Part shown: positions 36,914 through 50,888 of the stretch, piece by piece
Position numbering within the stretch: position 1 is the stretch's first letter
Layout: each line of letters begins with the position of its first letter
Assembly (NCBI GenBank): GCA_963693365.1
Contig: CAVNZM010000010.1
Coordinates: forward strand, 6,821,794 to 6,885,793
Direction: 5' to 3'
Source: Amoebidium appalachense
Lineage: Eukaryota > Protista > Ichthyosporea
DNA: 64,000 bases
Program-made: the position numbers and the translations under genes
Notes under the pieces: model-generated
Told to the model about the DNA's origin: nothing
The model's database searches: none
What the model saw: the letters and a program-made list of their open reading frames with translations, nothing else

Positions 36914-37870
36914 ATGGCTGGAAGCGAAAGTGGCGAGGGGGAGGAAGACTACATGTCGGATGCTTTCCTTCTCGCAGCCGAAACAGCGCCAGCCCCCAGT
37001 GCAAGGGAGCACAGGGGGCTGCTATCAGGCACAGAGAGAAGGAAAGCACGGTTAGAGGAGAGAAGGGCGGTAGCAAACAAGGCATCCAAAAAGAAAACAC
37101 ACAAGGAACTTGAAGCAGAGGCGAGGGAGGAGGCGCTAGCTAAGCCCATAGCCACAAGCAATAAGGGGTTTGCGCTGCTGGAGAAGATCGGTTACAGGTG
37201 GGTGTGGTTTGAAATGGCCATGCTGTAATTTTTATTCCTGCTACTGATTTATGCAGATGCACACACAGAGGTGTCAGCATCTTTAGGTATTCATTTCTGG
37301 TATGCACTTTGTGTCTTTCCCTTGATACACACAAACATACACCAAACCACAACACATACCCTTACCGACAACTCCCCTCTCTCCCCCCCCCTCTCTCTCC
37401 AACTCCCAGCTCTCTCCCTCCCTCCCTCCCTCTCCGCCTCCCGCCCTCCCCTCCCCCCCGCCCTCCCTTCCCTCCCCCCTCCCCCCGCCCCCCCCCTCCA
37501 TTCTCCCTTTTTCCTCACCTCCCTCTCTCGCTCTTCCCTCCCTCCCTCCCTCCCTCCCTGCTACCCTTAGTCCTTCCCTTCTTCCCCCCCCCCCTCCCCC
37601 CTCCCCCCCCCCCCCCCCAACCCACCCCACCCCCCTCCCCCCTCCCCACCCACCCACCCACCCCCCTTCTCTATCTTGTTCCTCCCTTCTTTCTCTCTCC
37701 CTCAATCCCCATTCCCTCTTCCCCTCCCCGTCCCCCCCCCCCCCCCTTCCCTTGCCCCCCTTCCCCACCCTCCCATCCTCCCTCTTAAACTTCGTCTCCT
37801 CCCTCCCCCTTCTCTTGCTCGCCCTTCATCTCTCTCACTCTCTCTTCTCTCCCTCTCCTTCTCTCTCTCC

Positions 37871-37901
<31 letters not shown>

Positions 37902-38620
37902 CTACCTCTCCGTCCTCTATCTCCTTCTCCCCTCCTCCCCACCCTCACTCCTCTCTCTCCCTCTCCTTCCCCTTCCCCTCGCCGCCCTCCCTCCCTCCCT
38001 CCCTCCGCTCCCTCCCCCCTCCCGTCTCCTTCCCCCGCCCTCCCCATCTACTCTCCCTCTCTCTGTCCATACAAGAAGTTCCCCAAACTTCTACATTTTC
38101 AGACCCAAGTCCTAAGGTATTTTTGGTAGCCCTCTCGTACCTTTTCCCCCTTGGGAGCAAAGCCCTTTTCCGTTGCATACTTATGTTTGCTTTTGCATAT
38201 GTCCTGCACTGTGCTTTTCTTCGTGTATGTGTACTTCGTGCCGTATTTTGCATTCAAACCCCCCCCCCCCCCGTTCCCCCCTCCTCCCGGAGGGTAGTGG
38301 TTATCTGGGGTTGGAGAACGAACAAACAAACATTTGGAATTGTGAACCTTTTTTTGTCTTGCCCCGGTGGAGCAAACCAACATAAGAACTGATGGGGGAT
38401 GGGAAGGGGAGTGTTTTGTGGAAAGGTGGGGAGGTAGGAGGGGAAGGGTGGGGTGTGTGGGTGGGGGGGGGGGGGGGGGGGCTGTTCTATTGAGAGAAAT
38501 GTTTGTGTGTTTATGCAAACAAGGGTGTGCACAGCTCGTGCCGACGGGCTCAGAATGCACCGCTGGGCCCCCATCTATTTATACACCCACCTCCGTGTGC
38601 GGGCGCGCGTGCGCGCGCAC

Positions 38621-38655
<35 letters not shown>

Positions 38656-38985
38656 CAATGTGACATGCACGTGTGTTCTGATCGCTGCTCGTGCCATGTC
38701 TTGTGGTTTATCTACACATGGTAGTAGCATATTGACCCTGCTTGTTTCACAGACCAGGCATGGGTTTGGGCAAGAAGGAGGAGGGCCGAAGTGAGCCGGT
38801 GGGTGTGGCCATGCGGCCAGGTGAGTGCACGTGTGTGTGTATGGGTGTTTTTCTTTTCTTTTTTCTTTTCTTTCTTTTTCTTTTTCTTTTTTTTTTTTTT
38901 TTTTTTTTTTGGGGGGGGGGGGATGTGCGAGTGTGTTGGGGGTTAGGGGGGGATGGCTTGGCGTGCTTTGTTTTTTTGCGGAGTG

Positions 38986-39032
<47 letters not shown>

Positions 39033-39227
39033 TGTGTATGTGTGTGTTTTGGTGGTGGTTGTGGTGGGGGGGGAGTGGGGGGGGGGGGGGGGGGGGGAGG
39101 GGGGCTGCATTGGTGTATTTGAGGTTTTAAAGATATGTGTGTGTGCGTGTGTGTGTTTTTTGGGGGGGGGGGGGGGGGTGGGGGTTGGTGTGTGGTGTGT
39201 GTGTGTGTGTTGAGGGGGGGGGGGAAA

Positions 39228-39258
<31 letters not shown>

Positions 39259-40133
39259 GTGTGTTTGTGTTCTTGTGCATGTGTGCAGTCTGTGTGTTAC
39301 AGGATCATCAAGCATTTTTGCTTACACATGTGGTTTCTTTGCCAAGCCAGAATGGGGCTTGGGCAAGAGCAAGAGCAGATGCGTGCTGCAGCCGAAGTTG
39401 AAGAGCGAAAGAGGATGAGGGAGGAAGCAAAAAGCAGAGACATGAGAGAGAGGGAGGTGGGCTACAGGGAGTGGCTGGGTGAGGAGAGGAAAAGGTGTGT
39501 GCGTGTGTAGTGTGGGGGGGAAAGATGGGAGATGAATGGGTGGCCGGAAGGGTGTGTGTGTGGGGGGAGGGGGGGGGGGGGGAGGGGGGGAGTCGATGGG
39601 TGGGTGGGGTGGTGGTGGTGTTGGGGAGAGGGGGTGGAGAGGGAGGGGGGAGGGGGGGGAGGGGAAGGGGCAGAGAGCGAAGGGGGGGAGAGATTGAGCG
39701 AGTGAGAGGGGAGGGGCGAGTGTAACAAAGTGTTGAAGATAAAGCTGTTGTAGGGGTGAGGCCGAACGGTAAGAATATGGTTGGTAAGATGAAGGGAACC
39801 TTGTGTGGCCTCGAGACGCCGGGTGAGGGGGGAGGGGAGCGTTCGTAAAGGAGATATAGTTCTGTAACAAATGGGAGGGAAGGGAAGCGGCGGGGGGAGG
39901 GGGGGGGGGGGCCGGGGGAGGGGGGGGGGGGGGGGGGGGGGGGGGAGGGGGAGGGTAAAGGGAGTGGAGCAGGAGAGAGGTAGTACTAGTGGGACAATGA
40001 ACACGTTTTGCAAAGAACGGAGCTGGGTAGAGTGTTTGTGTGGGTCGCATTGCGCTAGCACACCGTAGAAAGAACGACACACAGTATACAATCGGAGGCA
40101 ACCATGCGTCCTAACCCCCCAGGGGAGTCCCCA

Positions 40134-40164
<31 letters not shown>

Positions 40165-40191
40165 CACCCCCACCCCCACCCCACCCCCCCA

Positions 40192-40222
<31 letters not shown>

Positions 40223-42251
40223 ATTCTCTCCCGAGGGTGAATGGGGGGTGAAACGTGGGGTACTGTGGATGACTTGGTCCTGTGGATGACTTGGCCCTCC
40301 TGAAGGCTGGCTCTGCTTCTTATGCAAATTCTTTGTGTGTGATTTGCGCTCTGCCGAGTTGTCTGTTGTGGATGTGTTCGTCGTACCGTATAACACATTT
40401 CACCCTTCCCTACCTCCTCCCCCCCTTCTCCCCCCCCGTCGCCCCTGAAATTGGGCTGTGCTTGTATTGCTCACTCTGATATGTACTTGTTATATCCCAT
40501 TCCATGCACTGCATGTTCTGCCTTGATTGTTTCCGATGTTTTCACTGTGCACCATGCTCCACTCCTGCTTACCCCTCCGGTCGCCCCCCCCCCCCCCCCC
40601 CCCCCCCCTCCCTTCCTCTACTGCAGGAAAGCCACTGCCCGAGCTCTGAGCCAAAGTCAACACATCTGTGAGGATCTGGATCGTGCACAGGTTCAAACCC
40701 CCCCCTCCCCCCCCTCCCCCCCCTCCCCCCCTCCCCCTGGGGCTCCCGGCCCCCCTTGATGATGGCTGCCTTTGTTCCATACGGCGTGTGTTGCTGATGT
40801 TGCATGCTGAATTGCTTGCCTTTGCATGGGTCGTGAACTGTATTCTTCATCGTGTATGTATACTTTATACCGTGTTCCGCAGTACAACCCCCCCCCCCCC
40901 CCCCAAACACACACACACACAAAGATGCATGCCATGCTCGTGCACTTTCTTGCCACCTGCTTTGTGTTGTCCGCAGTGAATGTGTACTTTGTATTCTGTA
41001 ACTCATTCTTTAACCTCCCTCCCCCCCCCCCCCCCCTCCCCACCCCCTTTCGCCCCTCCCCCCCCCCACCCTCCCACCTTCCTCCTCTCGGAGGGCACTG
41101 GGGATATTTTGGATCTTCTTGCTGTGTCTCATTGCACATATCCCAATGTTGTGTTGTATGGGTATGGCTATTGTTGCTCTGTGGCTTTGCATTATTTTGC
41201 ACCATAATCCTGGACCTATGAATCAGTGGCATTGTTGGGAGTACTCCTGCCCTTCTTGCAGTGCTTGTGACGATCGTTGTACCCTTTTTTCTGCCTTCTT
41301 TTTTTTTTCTTTTTCTTTTTTTTTTTCTTTTTGGGTTCTGTGGTGGTATGTAGTGATGAGAGGGGAGAGTAGGAGGAGAGGGGGGGGGGGGTTGGAAGAT
41401 CCGAATTAATAGATAACCTGAGGACAAAAGAATACCCTCCCTTCGGGCTCTGCTTATTATGCATACTCTTTATGTATGGTTTGCACTCTGCATCGTGTTA
41501 TTTGTTCATGTGTACTAAGTACTTTATGACGCAAATTTCAACCCCCCCCCCCCCCCCCCCCCCCGGGTTTCTTCTAACTCACTGCCATTTTTCCCCCCCC
41601 TCCCCCCTCTCTCAACTCACTCCCATTCTTCCTTCCTTCCCTCCCCCCTCCTTCTCTCAACTCGCTCCCATTCCCTCCCCCCTCCCCCCCCCCCCCCCCC
41701 CCCCCCCCCCGTCCTTCTCTCAACTCACTCCCCCGCCTCTCTTTCTTTCAACTCGTCCTCTTTTTCTGAACTCGCTCCCCACCCCCCCCCCCCACCCCCC
41801 CCTCCTCCCCCCCCTGTCTTGGACGCCGTGCCCTATTCAGTGTCACGCCTTCCAGAATATGAGTAACCGTTATGTGTGTGATTTCCAAACGCACTCACTT
41901 ATCTTTTATGTTTTCTTCAGGGGGTGACTGAGAGTGAGCTGTGGGCGCAACCGCCAGAGGAGGAAGGGGAAGAGCAGGTGGAGACAAGAACACAGGAGGA
42001 GATTTCTGCCGAGGTATGATATTAATGTTTTAAAGCTCGAATGTGATTGGTGCATGGTGTGTGCCTGGTAGCCAATGAGATTGTGCTTTACATGTGCACG
42101 TGGGGAGTGCACAGTGTGTGTGTGTGTGTGTGTGTGCTTGGGTGGGTGGGTGAGTGTGGGGGTGGGTGATGGGGAGATGGGGGGATAGGTGGCCTGGGTG
42201 TGTGGATGTGTCTGCGCGTGTGGGTGAGTGTGCATTGAGGGTGGAGGGTTT

Positions 42252-42289
<38 letters not shown>

Positions 42290-42843
42290 CGGGTTGTACG
42301 CATTTGTATGTGTGTACCCGTGTGTTTGTGTATGTCCATCGATGTGCTGTATGTGAACGTGATATTTGAGTCTATGCTTGCTTTCGTTTCAAGTGTGTAC
42401 GATGTGGGCTTTTGAAGTTGTATCATCACTTCTGAGCGAAACCATGCTAGTCACTTATGAACACGCCAGAGCATATTCCCGTCACCTATTTTGTGTGACT
42501 GAAATGCCCATCCCGCTGTGTGACTGGAACGTCATTCTTTCTGTCTTGCTAATTTTTTATCTCCTGTCTGTGACTGTATTTTCGTCTCCTCTCTGTGACT
42601 AAAATTTTGTTCTAACCGTCTTGTGACTGAAATTTCGTTCCCATAAGGTCCGGTATTATGGCATGCCCGCTGCTTTACTGAAATTTCATTTTTGCGATGC
42701 AGACTGCGGCCAAGCTTAGTGCAGTGACGCATCACCTGCGCAGCGCGTACCACTACTGCTACTGGTGTGGCCATGCCTTTGCTGATGCCAAGGAGCTGGC
42801 GTCATTGTGTCCCGGGGATACGGCTGAGGCCCACGAGGACTAG
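36914..42843 (+). CDS. GPATCH11: G-patch domain protein 11 (CCDC75)-like, with DUF4187 C-terminus, 6 exons
   Basis: Exons 36914-37197, 38753-38820, 39347-39494 (AAG acceptor), 40627-40690, 41921-42013, 42703-42843. Motifs EEDYMSDAFL, G-patch SNKGFALLEKIGYRPGMGLGK, SQHICEDLD, and HLRSAYHYCYWCG...LCPGDTAEAHED*. Confidence 0.9.
38173..41541 (+). mobile_element. Cluster of 5'-truncated repeat copies in GPATCH11 introns: H ~38173-38258, I 40231-40402, fragment ~40441, J 40750-40887, K 40925-41013, L 41445-41541
   Basis: Each shares the family tail (TG(T/C)GTACTT(C/T)GTA...CATTCAA-like) and/or the CCTGA..(A)TGGGCTCTGCTT motif end. Most are followed by a C-rich run. Confidence 0.7.
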
Positions 42844-43441
42844 ATAGCATTTTTTATGTTCGGTTCTTTTTTTTTTTTTTTTTGCATTGCTCCATTGCTC
42901 CGCCCCTTCCCCTCCCCCCCCTCGTTATTTTTGTGTTTGTGTGGGTGGGTGGGTGTTTGTGTGGGTGGGTGGGTAGGATGGGTGGGTGGGTGGGTGGGTA
43001 CGAGCGCGTGTGTGCGTGCGTGTGCGTGTGCGTGTACGCCGTGTCTGCGTGTGCGTGGTTTTTTCGGGGGTGGGGTGGGTGGGTGGGTAGGGGGTAGGGG
43101 TTTTGTGTGTGTGTGTGGGGGGGGGGGGGGGGGGGGGGGGGGGGCGGCCAATGAATACCTAGAGAGTTCGGTCATGTGTGCATAAGTGAGCTTTTTAGCT
43201 CTGATGTACAACTATATGTATGCAATGGAGAGCAAGTGCTCGTTCCAAAGCAAAGTCGAACAAATCTGCAATGAAGTTCTTGCCATCAATATGTATCATT
43301 CCCTGTGGCACCTCACATGCATGTGGCTTCTGTTGCGCTGCAGGCGCTTATGCTGGTAGTGATTTCGTTTTAACGTGCACATGGGCACCCCTGGCGGGAA
43401 GAATTTATTCCGGTGGTTGAGGTTGATGCATGGTGCATGAA

Positions 43442-43508
<67 letters not shown>

Positions 43509-44422
43509 TAAAATATTTATATATATATGTGGAAAGAAGTACAACTGCACAATGAGAAGCACGGCGCAGGCCTAGGTAGTACATAAAGCATACATAAAAG
43601 CAAACACGCCCATATATATAGGCAACATCAGGATGTACAGCATGCAACATTTGCAGAAACTTTACAAATGTACATCCGAATTTCGACCTGCTAGATATAG
43701 CCATGATATTCGAGACTCAAGTTATTGGTCCTACAGCAGCTTCATATGGGTTGCCCGGGCATGCCACTGTTGTGTGCACGAGTGATAATAGGTCATGATC
43801 AGATATTTAGACGACTCGGCAGGATTTCTTATGTGAGCAAGTCGGTGCGGAACACCGGCAAACATTCAAGTATGCAACATCGATCAGTTGACAGCAAGGC
43901 GCACCGATACATGTTACATGAGCAGAAATCATCTTTAGGCCGGTGGGTGGTAATTTTTTTTTTTGATTGGTTGGTTATGCAGACGTACGAATTTGCCTTT
44001 TTCATCATGCAACTGTGCCCGGCCCACTTGGGCCTTATGCATGCACCATGCTAGTGTGGGGATTTAATCATCAGTGGTCGTGGGGAGACAGATAGACAAG
44101 ACATCCACCCTGCAAGGAGGCAAGGAGGGGCATTTATGTACTTGGCCAACCAGGGCACCTACATCTATCTATCAGCATGGGCCGATCAACAGCCCGGACA
44201 TTGAAGGCCATTCAGTTATTATACACAGGTACAGAATTGAAATCAGGTGCAGAATGCGGCCTTATTAAAAGCAAATTAAAATGCAAAGTTCAACAGTTGG
44301 CCTAGGGCCTATTCTACATATTCACATTGAAAAATGTTCATTGCTAAGTAGAAAAGGTGTGAAAATCATGCGCGTGCTCATCGATAACGGCTATGAAAAG
44401 AAGGCCCTTTGTTAATGTGGCT

Positions 44423-44453
<31 letters not shown>

Positions 44454-44729
44454 TGAGGGGTGGTTGAGGTGGGAAAGGAGAGGTCCGGGAAGAGTTCACC
44501 AGACACTAAGTAAAAGAGATAACACAACGGCCACCAAAGGCCCATAACTAACACAGTTGTAGCATGATTATAACTACTATTAACGTTTACCTTCATCCAA
44601 GTTTACACTGAGTCAACTGCATATTCCAAATCAAGGACACAAGGCATCGAGTTGCCAGGTTCATTACACTATAAAAGGCAACCGCAACAACACAACCATG
44701 AAACACAATGACGCCTGTCATTAGTAAAA

Positions 44730-45854
44730 TTAGCTCGCAGAGGCTTTTTTTTCTTTTCCCCAGCAATTTGCGTACCCACCGCCTGATCGGTACAGCATGG
44801 AAATTCCGTATTCATTTGCCGTGTTGCAGGCAGCATTTCCGGATTTTTTGTATTCCGCTCCAAAAACAGCCTTTCCTCGCGCTTTGAAACTCTCATAAAC
44901 ATCACACTGGTTATATTTTGGGCACGATTCGTTGACCCCAAAATCCACCAAATCCACCACATCTTCGATAATTTCAAATGCGTTTTTCAGTCCAAATGCC
45001 ATTCCACGTTGGTGTGCAGAATTTGCTAGCCATGTGACGTATTCAACCGTGGTCGCTTGTTTCGTGCCAAAATCTTCCGAGGGGACACACCCAGAATATT
45101 CGAAACAGTCGATATTGTCTGCTTCTACCGCGTCGCAGTTTTTCGCCTTGGCCAGATCTAGGCGGCTGGTCATGATGGGCTGTGAGGGGGAGGGGGGGGG
45201 GGGGGTAGGGGGGGAAATTGAAGTGTCAATGAGACACCAATGTCATTTAAACGGCTGAGGCGAGGCTTCATTGCCAATATTAGCAGCAGAGCTTTCTAGA
45301 AAGGGGGGAGCTTGACTGGCTTTCACACATCACCCTACGAACGATTGCACACACACACACACACACGCACACACAAAAAAAAAAAAAAACGTCCAGCATG
45401 CACCTGTCATCCCCAGGGTGTGAACACAGACTTAGACGGTGTTCTTGTGTTCGTATGTGTTGCAAATACACACCTTGAGCTTCTCCCAGTTCATAATGTT
45501 GAACCAATGCTCCCCTCCGTACGGTGACTTTGTGCTTAGTGCCTCCTTGGGAACCATGCCCTTGTCCGACCGCTTTTCCTCCAACGTCCCCGCGCTGAAA
45601 TAGCAGATAACTCTTTGCCCTCGCGAGTGATATGTTTCAATCTCTCCCTCTGACGAGTAATGTGTGTCCACTTCCACCACGTCTACATTTCTGATGTCTG
45701 ACCCGAAAAGGTATGCCTTACTCCCCCATGTGAGGCCGGTATGCCATGTTCCCACTGCCCTTTCTTTTCTGAGAGTCGACGCCGCGTCGACGTTTGAAGC
45801 CAAGTATGATGTGGCTCCTAGCACCAAAAGAACGAATAAACACGAGTTATGCAT
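44730..45854 (-). CDS. Secreted GH114 glycoside hydrolase (endo-alpha-1,4-polygalactosaminidase-like), 276 aa, 2 exons
   Basis: Exons 45854-45474 and 45179-44730 (phase 0). Signal peptide MHNSCLFVLLVLGA, then VICYFSAGTLE, GEHW, RLDLAKAKNCDAVEADNID, GMAFGLKNA, DFGVNESC, GKAVFGAEY. Confidence 0.88.
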
Positions 45855-48784
45855 GGTTGATTGTTTGTTGTGCTACTGCTTGCTGCAACATGTGCGATAA
45901 ATTTCCATGTGCGATAAATTGAATGGTGGGGTATCAAAATAGATGTCACTCTCTCTCGAACACGATTAGCTATGGACGACTTAGTAAACTAAGAGCGTGC
46001 TCAGGTGGCACGGAAGGTTAATACTCAAAAGGGACAAGAGGCTGAAAGGGACCTGTAAAAGGTGGCCGTGTAACAAAAACCTTTCACTAGCTCTATGAAT
46101 ACTTGGGTGCTTCGTTCGAGCCTCACGGAAAGTCTTGGGGCAAGCGAATCGATAGGTAAAAATCTTGCCCAAACCCCCGCTACTCAGTGAACTACTAAAT
46201 ACTGCGTAGAAAAAGCCACATGCCTTGACCTTTTATATTTATGTTGCAGGGCTGTAGGATAAGAAGACAATAGCAATACTGTATGTTGTTCAACAGCCAA
46301 GCCACGGCCAGGCCCTTCCCCGGCACGGCCAGGGCTGCCCTGGGCAAGTCTTTTGAGACGGTCGTAAGACAGCAGCAGGAGGACAAGGGTCCCGGGTGGA
46401 CGGCACATCATTGGAGACAAATCACGCTGCTGGTCTTGCAGGCTTTGCAGATTGGGTCAAAGGACTTAGCCAAGGCTCTGGAACTTCGCCACTTCAACGC
46501 TCTGGAACATGTTCAAACATCTCGAAGGATATTTGTAGTGGTTCTAGAACTTATGATAATTTATTCTTGGCACCTTGTGCTACACGCACATGCAGTGTCA
46601 CGGTGTCCCTATGTCATGAAAAATTAATTTGTATCTACAAATAACGGCCAGCTGGCTGAGTCAGTGTCTGGCCCCCTTGGGGCCACTTGGCCTCTGGCCA
46701 GTGGCCACTGAACAACTTCAAAACAACTCCATTGGATCCCCTAAAACTCTTGTTTGGGGCGAGTCGTGAGTGTGACTCGTATGTGTGAACAAAAAAATTA
46801 CATTTTTCCAGGGACCAGTATCCGCCAATCAGGGTTTAGGCCAAGTACAATCCCGTTACAGACATAAGACTGCACGTTGTCTTTGAATTGTTAAATCAAT
46901 AAACATACACTTTTTAAAAGAATTCTGGTATAGCGAGGCTCCATTTTTCGTAGTTACTAGTTACCCACTGTTAGGAACACACATGTACATGGATTATCGG
47001 ATATGGGGTCTCAAATTCCCGCAATTGGTTACACATACGAATCGCCGATTCGCCCGCTCCACAATAGGAAGTTTTTGGGGATCCCTTCAATGGAGCGCTT
47101 AGCCAATCACTGCGTTTGATTTTCGCGCCAAAAGCAATCAGAATACCACGCGTGATCATCCGAAGATCAACAAAGCTACCTATTGGATAACGTAAGCCAA
47201 TCACAAATATGGTCTGCTTATTCAAAGCCGCTTATTCACCTACGGATTGGCCACTCGCACCAGAACTTAGCCTTTCCCGGATTTCAGGGCCCAGCCGTAA
47301 ACCAATCATCTTTGTGATCGGTGACTCGTCAAGGACCACGTTGTCGGCGAACTTGGGGCAGCAGGCTACGAAAAATCGCATTCCATTGTGCTCGTGGTAT
47401 TTTGATCCACTGTATTCCGGCCCTAAACGAGATGCCGGTAATACGAAGGTAGCCCTACGAGGTAGCCCTACGTGTCGTAACGAGAAACTCTGCCAAGGGG
47501 TATTTATGATTGGTCCAGATCGAATCCGGTTCGATCCGATTAGCCATATAAGGAAACTGCAAAAAACCGTTTTTACGAAAGGTAGCCCTACGTCTTTCGA
47601 CCCACAATGCACCTGTCAGGGATCCGATTCCGGCCCTGACCAATCTCAGCTTGAAGCGCCATCACCTCGCACTCAGATCAGTTGCCGCCAATAATTCATG
47701 TTCACCAAGCTTCGAAAAATGATCCGACCATAATTCTATGAGGTGCCTAACATTGACAGCTCCTCTGAGCCGCAGTCCGCAATAAAAAAATTGTAAAAAG
47801 AAAGAACTTCTGCGACTATCTTAACATACTATTTGTCAAAAAAACAACAAACAGTACTTCGACAAAGAGGAAACCTCCTACTCTTGTTCAAAGATATCCA
47901 CACTCGAGTTTGACTGTTATGCAGTACTAACAAGAAAAAGGCTCGCTCCAGACAGCTTTCTTCTGAGTACCCTGCTCCACACCGCGCTGCGTCACAAAGT
48001 GATCGACGATATCGTGTTCACCCTTTTTATACCTCTCCACTAGCCGCTAAGACAAATACCGTGATTCCTACCCAACCATTTCATTCAAAAGGCCTACCAA
48101 ATGGTATCGCACATTCCCACCCGCATTGGTTATGTTCAGGCTTATGCTCGCAACTGCATATTCACTAGTACCACAAGGAGGCTGTACAACTTTTTTCTGC
48201 TTTGCTCTGCTTCGCTTCGGCGGCATTATAAAAACTGAGCGTCAAATATCGTGTTGCTGCATTATATACTACCCCCAGATCTACGTTTATATATACCCGC
48301 CAAAAGGATTGAATGGTTTTTATCCAATCATAAAACTTCAAACCACTACCCAATGGTATCGCCCGGTTGTGCAAGCTACAGGTGTAATTAACGCTCATTA
48401 GCTAACTTTCACAACCGGGCCCTCCGACTGGTTCACTATCACGGCTCACGAGGCCACTTCTGCAACTTCCACGACCGAAGAATCTGACTGGTTCCCTACT
48501 GACGACGTCATTAGCGCAAGTTTCACAACCGCGCAGCCCGATTCGCCACATAAACCTCCCCAGACCCACGCCTTCCGTATCGTGCTCTACCTAGCGCCCG
48601 CCCCCGCCTGACCGCCTTACGTAAGGCTTACGTAAGGCCCTGCGCAGGCCTCCCCCCAAACCTCCATATCGTGGTCTGGCCTCCCCCGACCCCACCGCCT
48701 TACGTAACCCCGGCCCCGCGCCAGCCAACCAAACGGCCCGGTTGTGGAAGAAGGCCGAATCTGCCGGGGGGCCCCCTACGTGTA

Positions 48785-49163
48785 CAGCGCTCGGCTAGCC
48801 AGCCGGCTAGCCAGCTCAGCCGAGCCGCGCCGAAATCGCTCCGGAAGGCGGCTTGGCTGGAATCCCCCCAACCCTTCTCCCAGCCCCACTTTCTGCCAAT
48901 CATAAAAAACAATTTTTGTCTTTATAAAGGCTTTTGAGATCAATTTTACCGGCGGAATTGAACCAGGAAAATGACTTTTAGGTCTTGTAGTTTTATGGGA
49001 ACTTCGAAGATAAGAGCTTTAAAAAACTAACTCGTAATTCTATATTTTAAACATACAATTTAATATAATCGGTATTTTAAAATTTTAACGTCCAGCCGGC
49101 TAGAGCCGGCTAGCCAGCTGGGATGCATATGGAGGGTTTAGCCAGCTGAGCCAGAATCCCCTG
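48785..49163. mobile_element. hAT-like MITE with 8-bp target duplication
   Basis: Termini CAGCG...CCCTG. Flanks TACGTGTA (48777-48784) and TTCGTGTA (49164-49171) match at 7 of 8 positions. AGCCAGC/GCCGGCTAG subterminal repeats occur at both ends around an AT-rich core. Confidence 0.6.
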
Positions 49164-49906
49164 TTCGTGTACAAAAATCGCACCTGTTTTTTGCTGAGTG
49201 ATTCTTGCACCTTGAGGTTCCAGTTTCCTACCGTGATGTTGACGAAATATCATACATACCGTGAGTGACTAGTCGTGTACATTGTACATGCACTGTGCAG
49301 TATCATACATTCATTTCATGTGCACGTGTACACATGTCCGAACTCAACCAGCCAAGAGCTGCTGTTCATCCGAAACGTCAGGCGTCAGGCGTGACTTTGT
49401 GTGGGCCATGGCCCGTAGAACTTGTTAGAGGTGGCCTCATCGAGGATCCCGGCGATCTGGGGATTGTACATGTATACGTATACAGTGTGAGAACACATGT
49501 ACACAACTACATACCTTCGCAAATTTGGAGGTGGCGCTACAGTAGCTCTGGTGCATGCAAGGACCTCATGACAGAACCTCTTTTATTAGAAATACTATAT
49601 ACAATAATGGGGTGTGCTGTAGCTACGTGGGCCCTGTCCTATCGATTTATCATCATTCCTGCAACACAACTCAAGAGCTCTTACCGTGCAGGATGATCGA
49701 TCATACGACACAAGCTCGCAATCAACACTGCAGCTGGGGATCATTGCACTTCACAAATTTATTGGCCGCAGCTGAGCTCCCAACTGCAGCCCACAAGCTA
49801 AGTTGTACGTAGGCCTCGCGCTCGACGGGAAGATGATAATGCCGTTGAATCTGGCGACCGAATATTCGAGGGCCTCCTCCCGCCTCAAAGCGAAAACCAT
49901 GCCCAT

Positions 49907-50088
<182 letters not shown>

Positions 50089-50192
50089 CACACACACACA
50101 CACCTTCACACTCGCTCGCATGCACGCCGTAGTGGAAGCATTGGCTATGTTGTGGATGCGTGAATGCTGGAAGACGGTCCTGTGTGCTGTAT

Positions 50193-50773
50193 CCCCACTG
50201 TAAAAATGCGGGCCCCCACCGGTGGGGGCCCACACTTTCAAAGGGGCGCCCCTCGGAAACTCACATACTATATACCCCACTCTGCGCCCTTAAAAAAGCT
50301 TGTATGTGTGTCGGATTGAGGCCTACATGGGCTTTTTTATGCTCTATAGTCATGTTTTGGTAACTTTTTCTGATAACAAAAAACTAGTACTTTTGGTGGC
50401 CCACACTCAAGGCGAGTGGGGGCCCACATGTGAAAGCGGATGATTGGATTGGCTCGCGTCGCACCATCATTCAGTCGAGGATCGATCTGGCGCACCCAAA
50501 TTTTTCAAAATGGCCGCGGTCGCGGCGCCGGCGGCAGCGCCGCCAGGATCGTATCACCTAGTATACGTAGTACTAGTTTGTTTGTGTGTGTGTGTGTCAC
50601 ATGTCCGGGAGCATGTTAGTGAGTGTGCTATTGTGTGTTTTTCACTTGTGTCACGGTGTGTGTGTGTGTGTCACGGTGTGTGTATTCAAGCTGTGTGGTG
50701 TGTGCAAAGGTGTGTGTACATGTGTGTGTGCCGTGTGTACGTGTGTGTGTGTGTGTGTGTGTACGCGTGTGCA

Positions 50774-50815
<42 letters not shown>

Positions 50816-50818
50816 ATG

Positions 50819-50849
<31 letters not shown>

Positions 50850-50852
50850 CAG

Positions 50853-50888
<36 letters not shown>

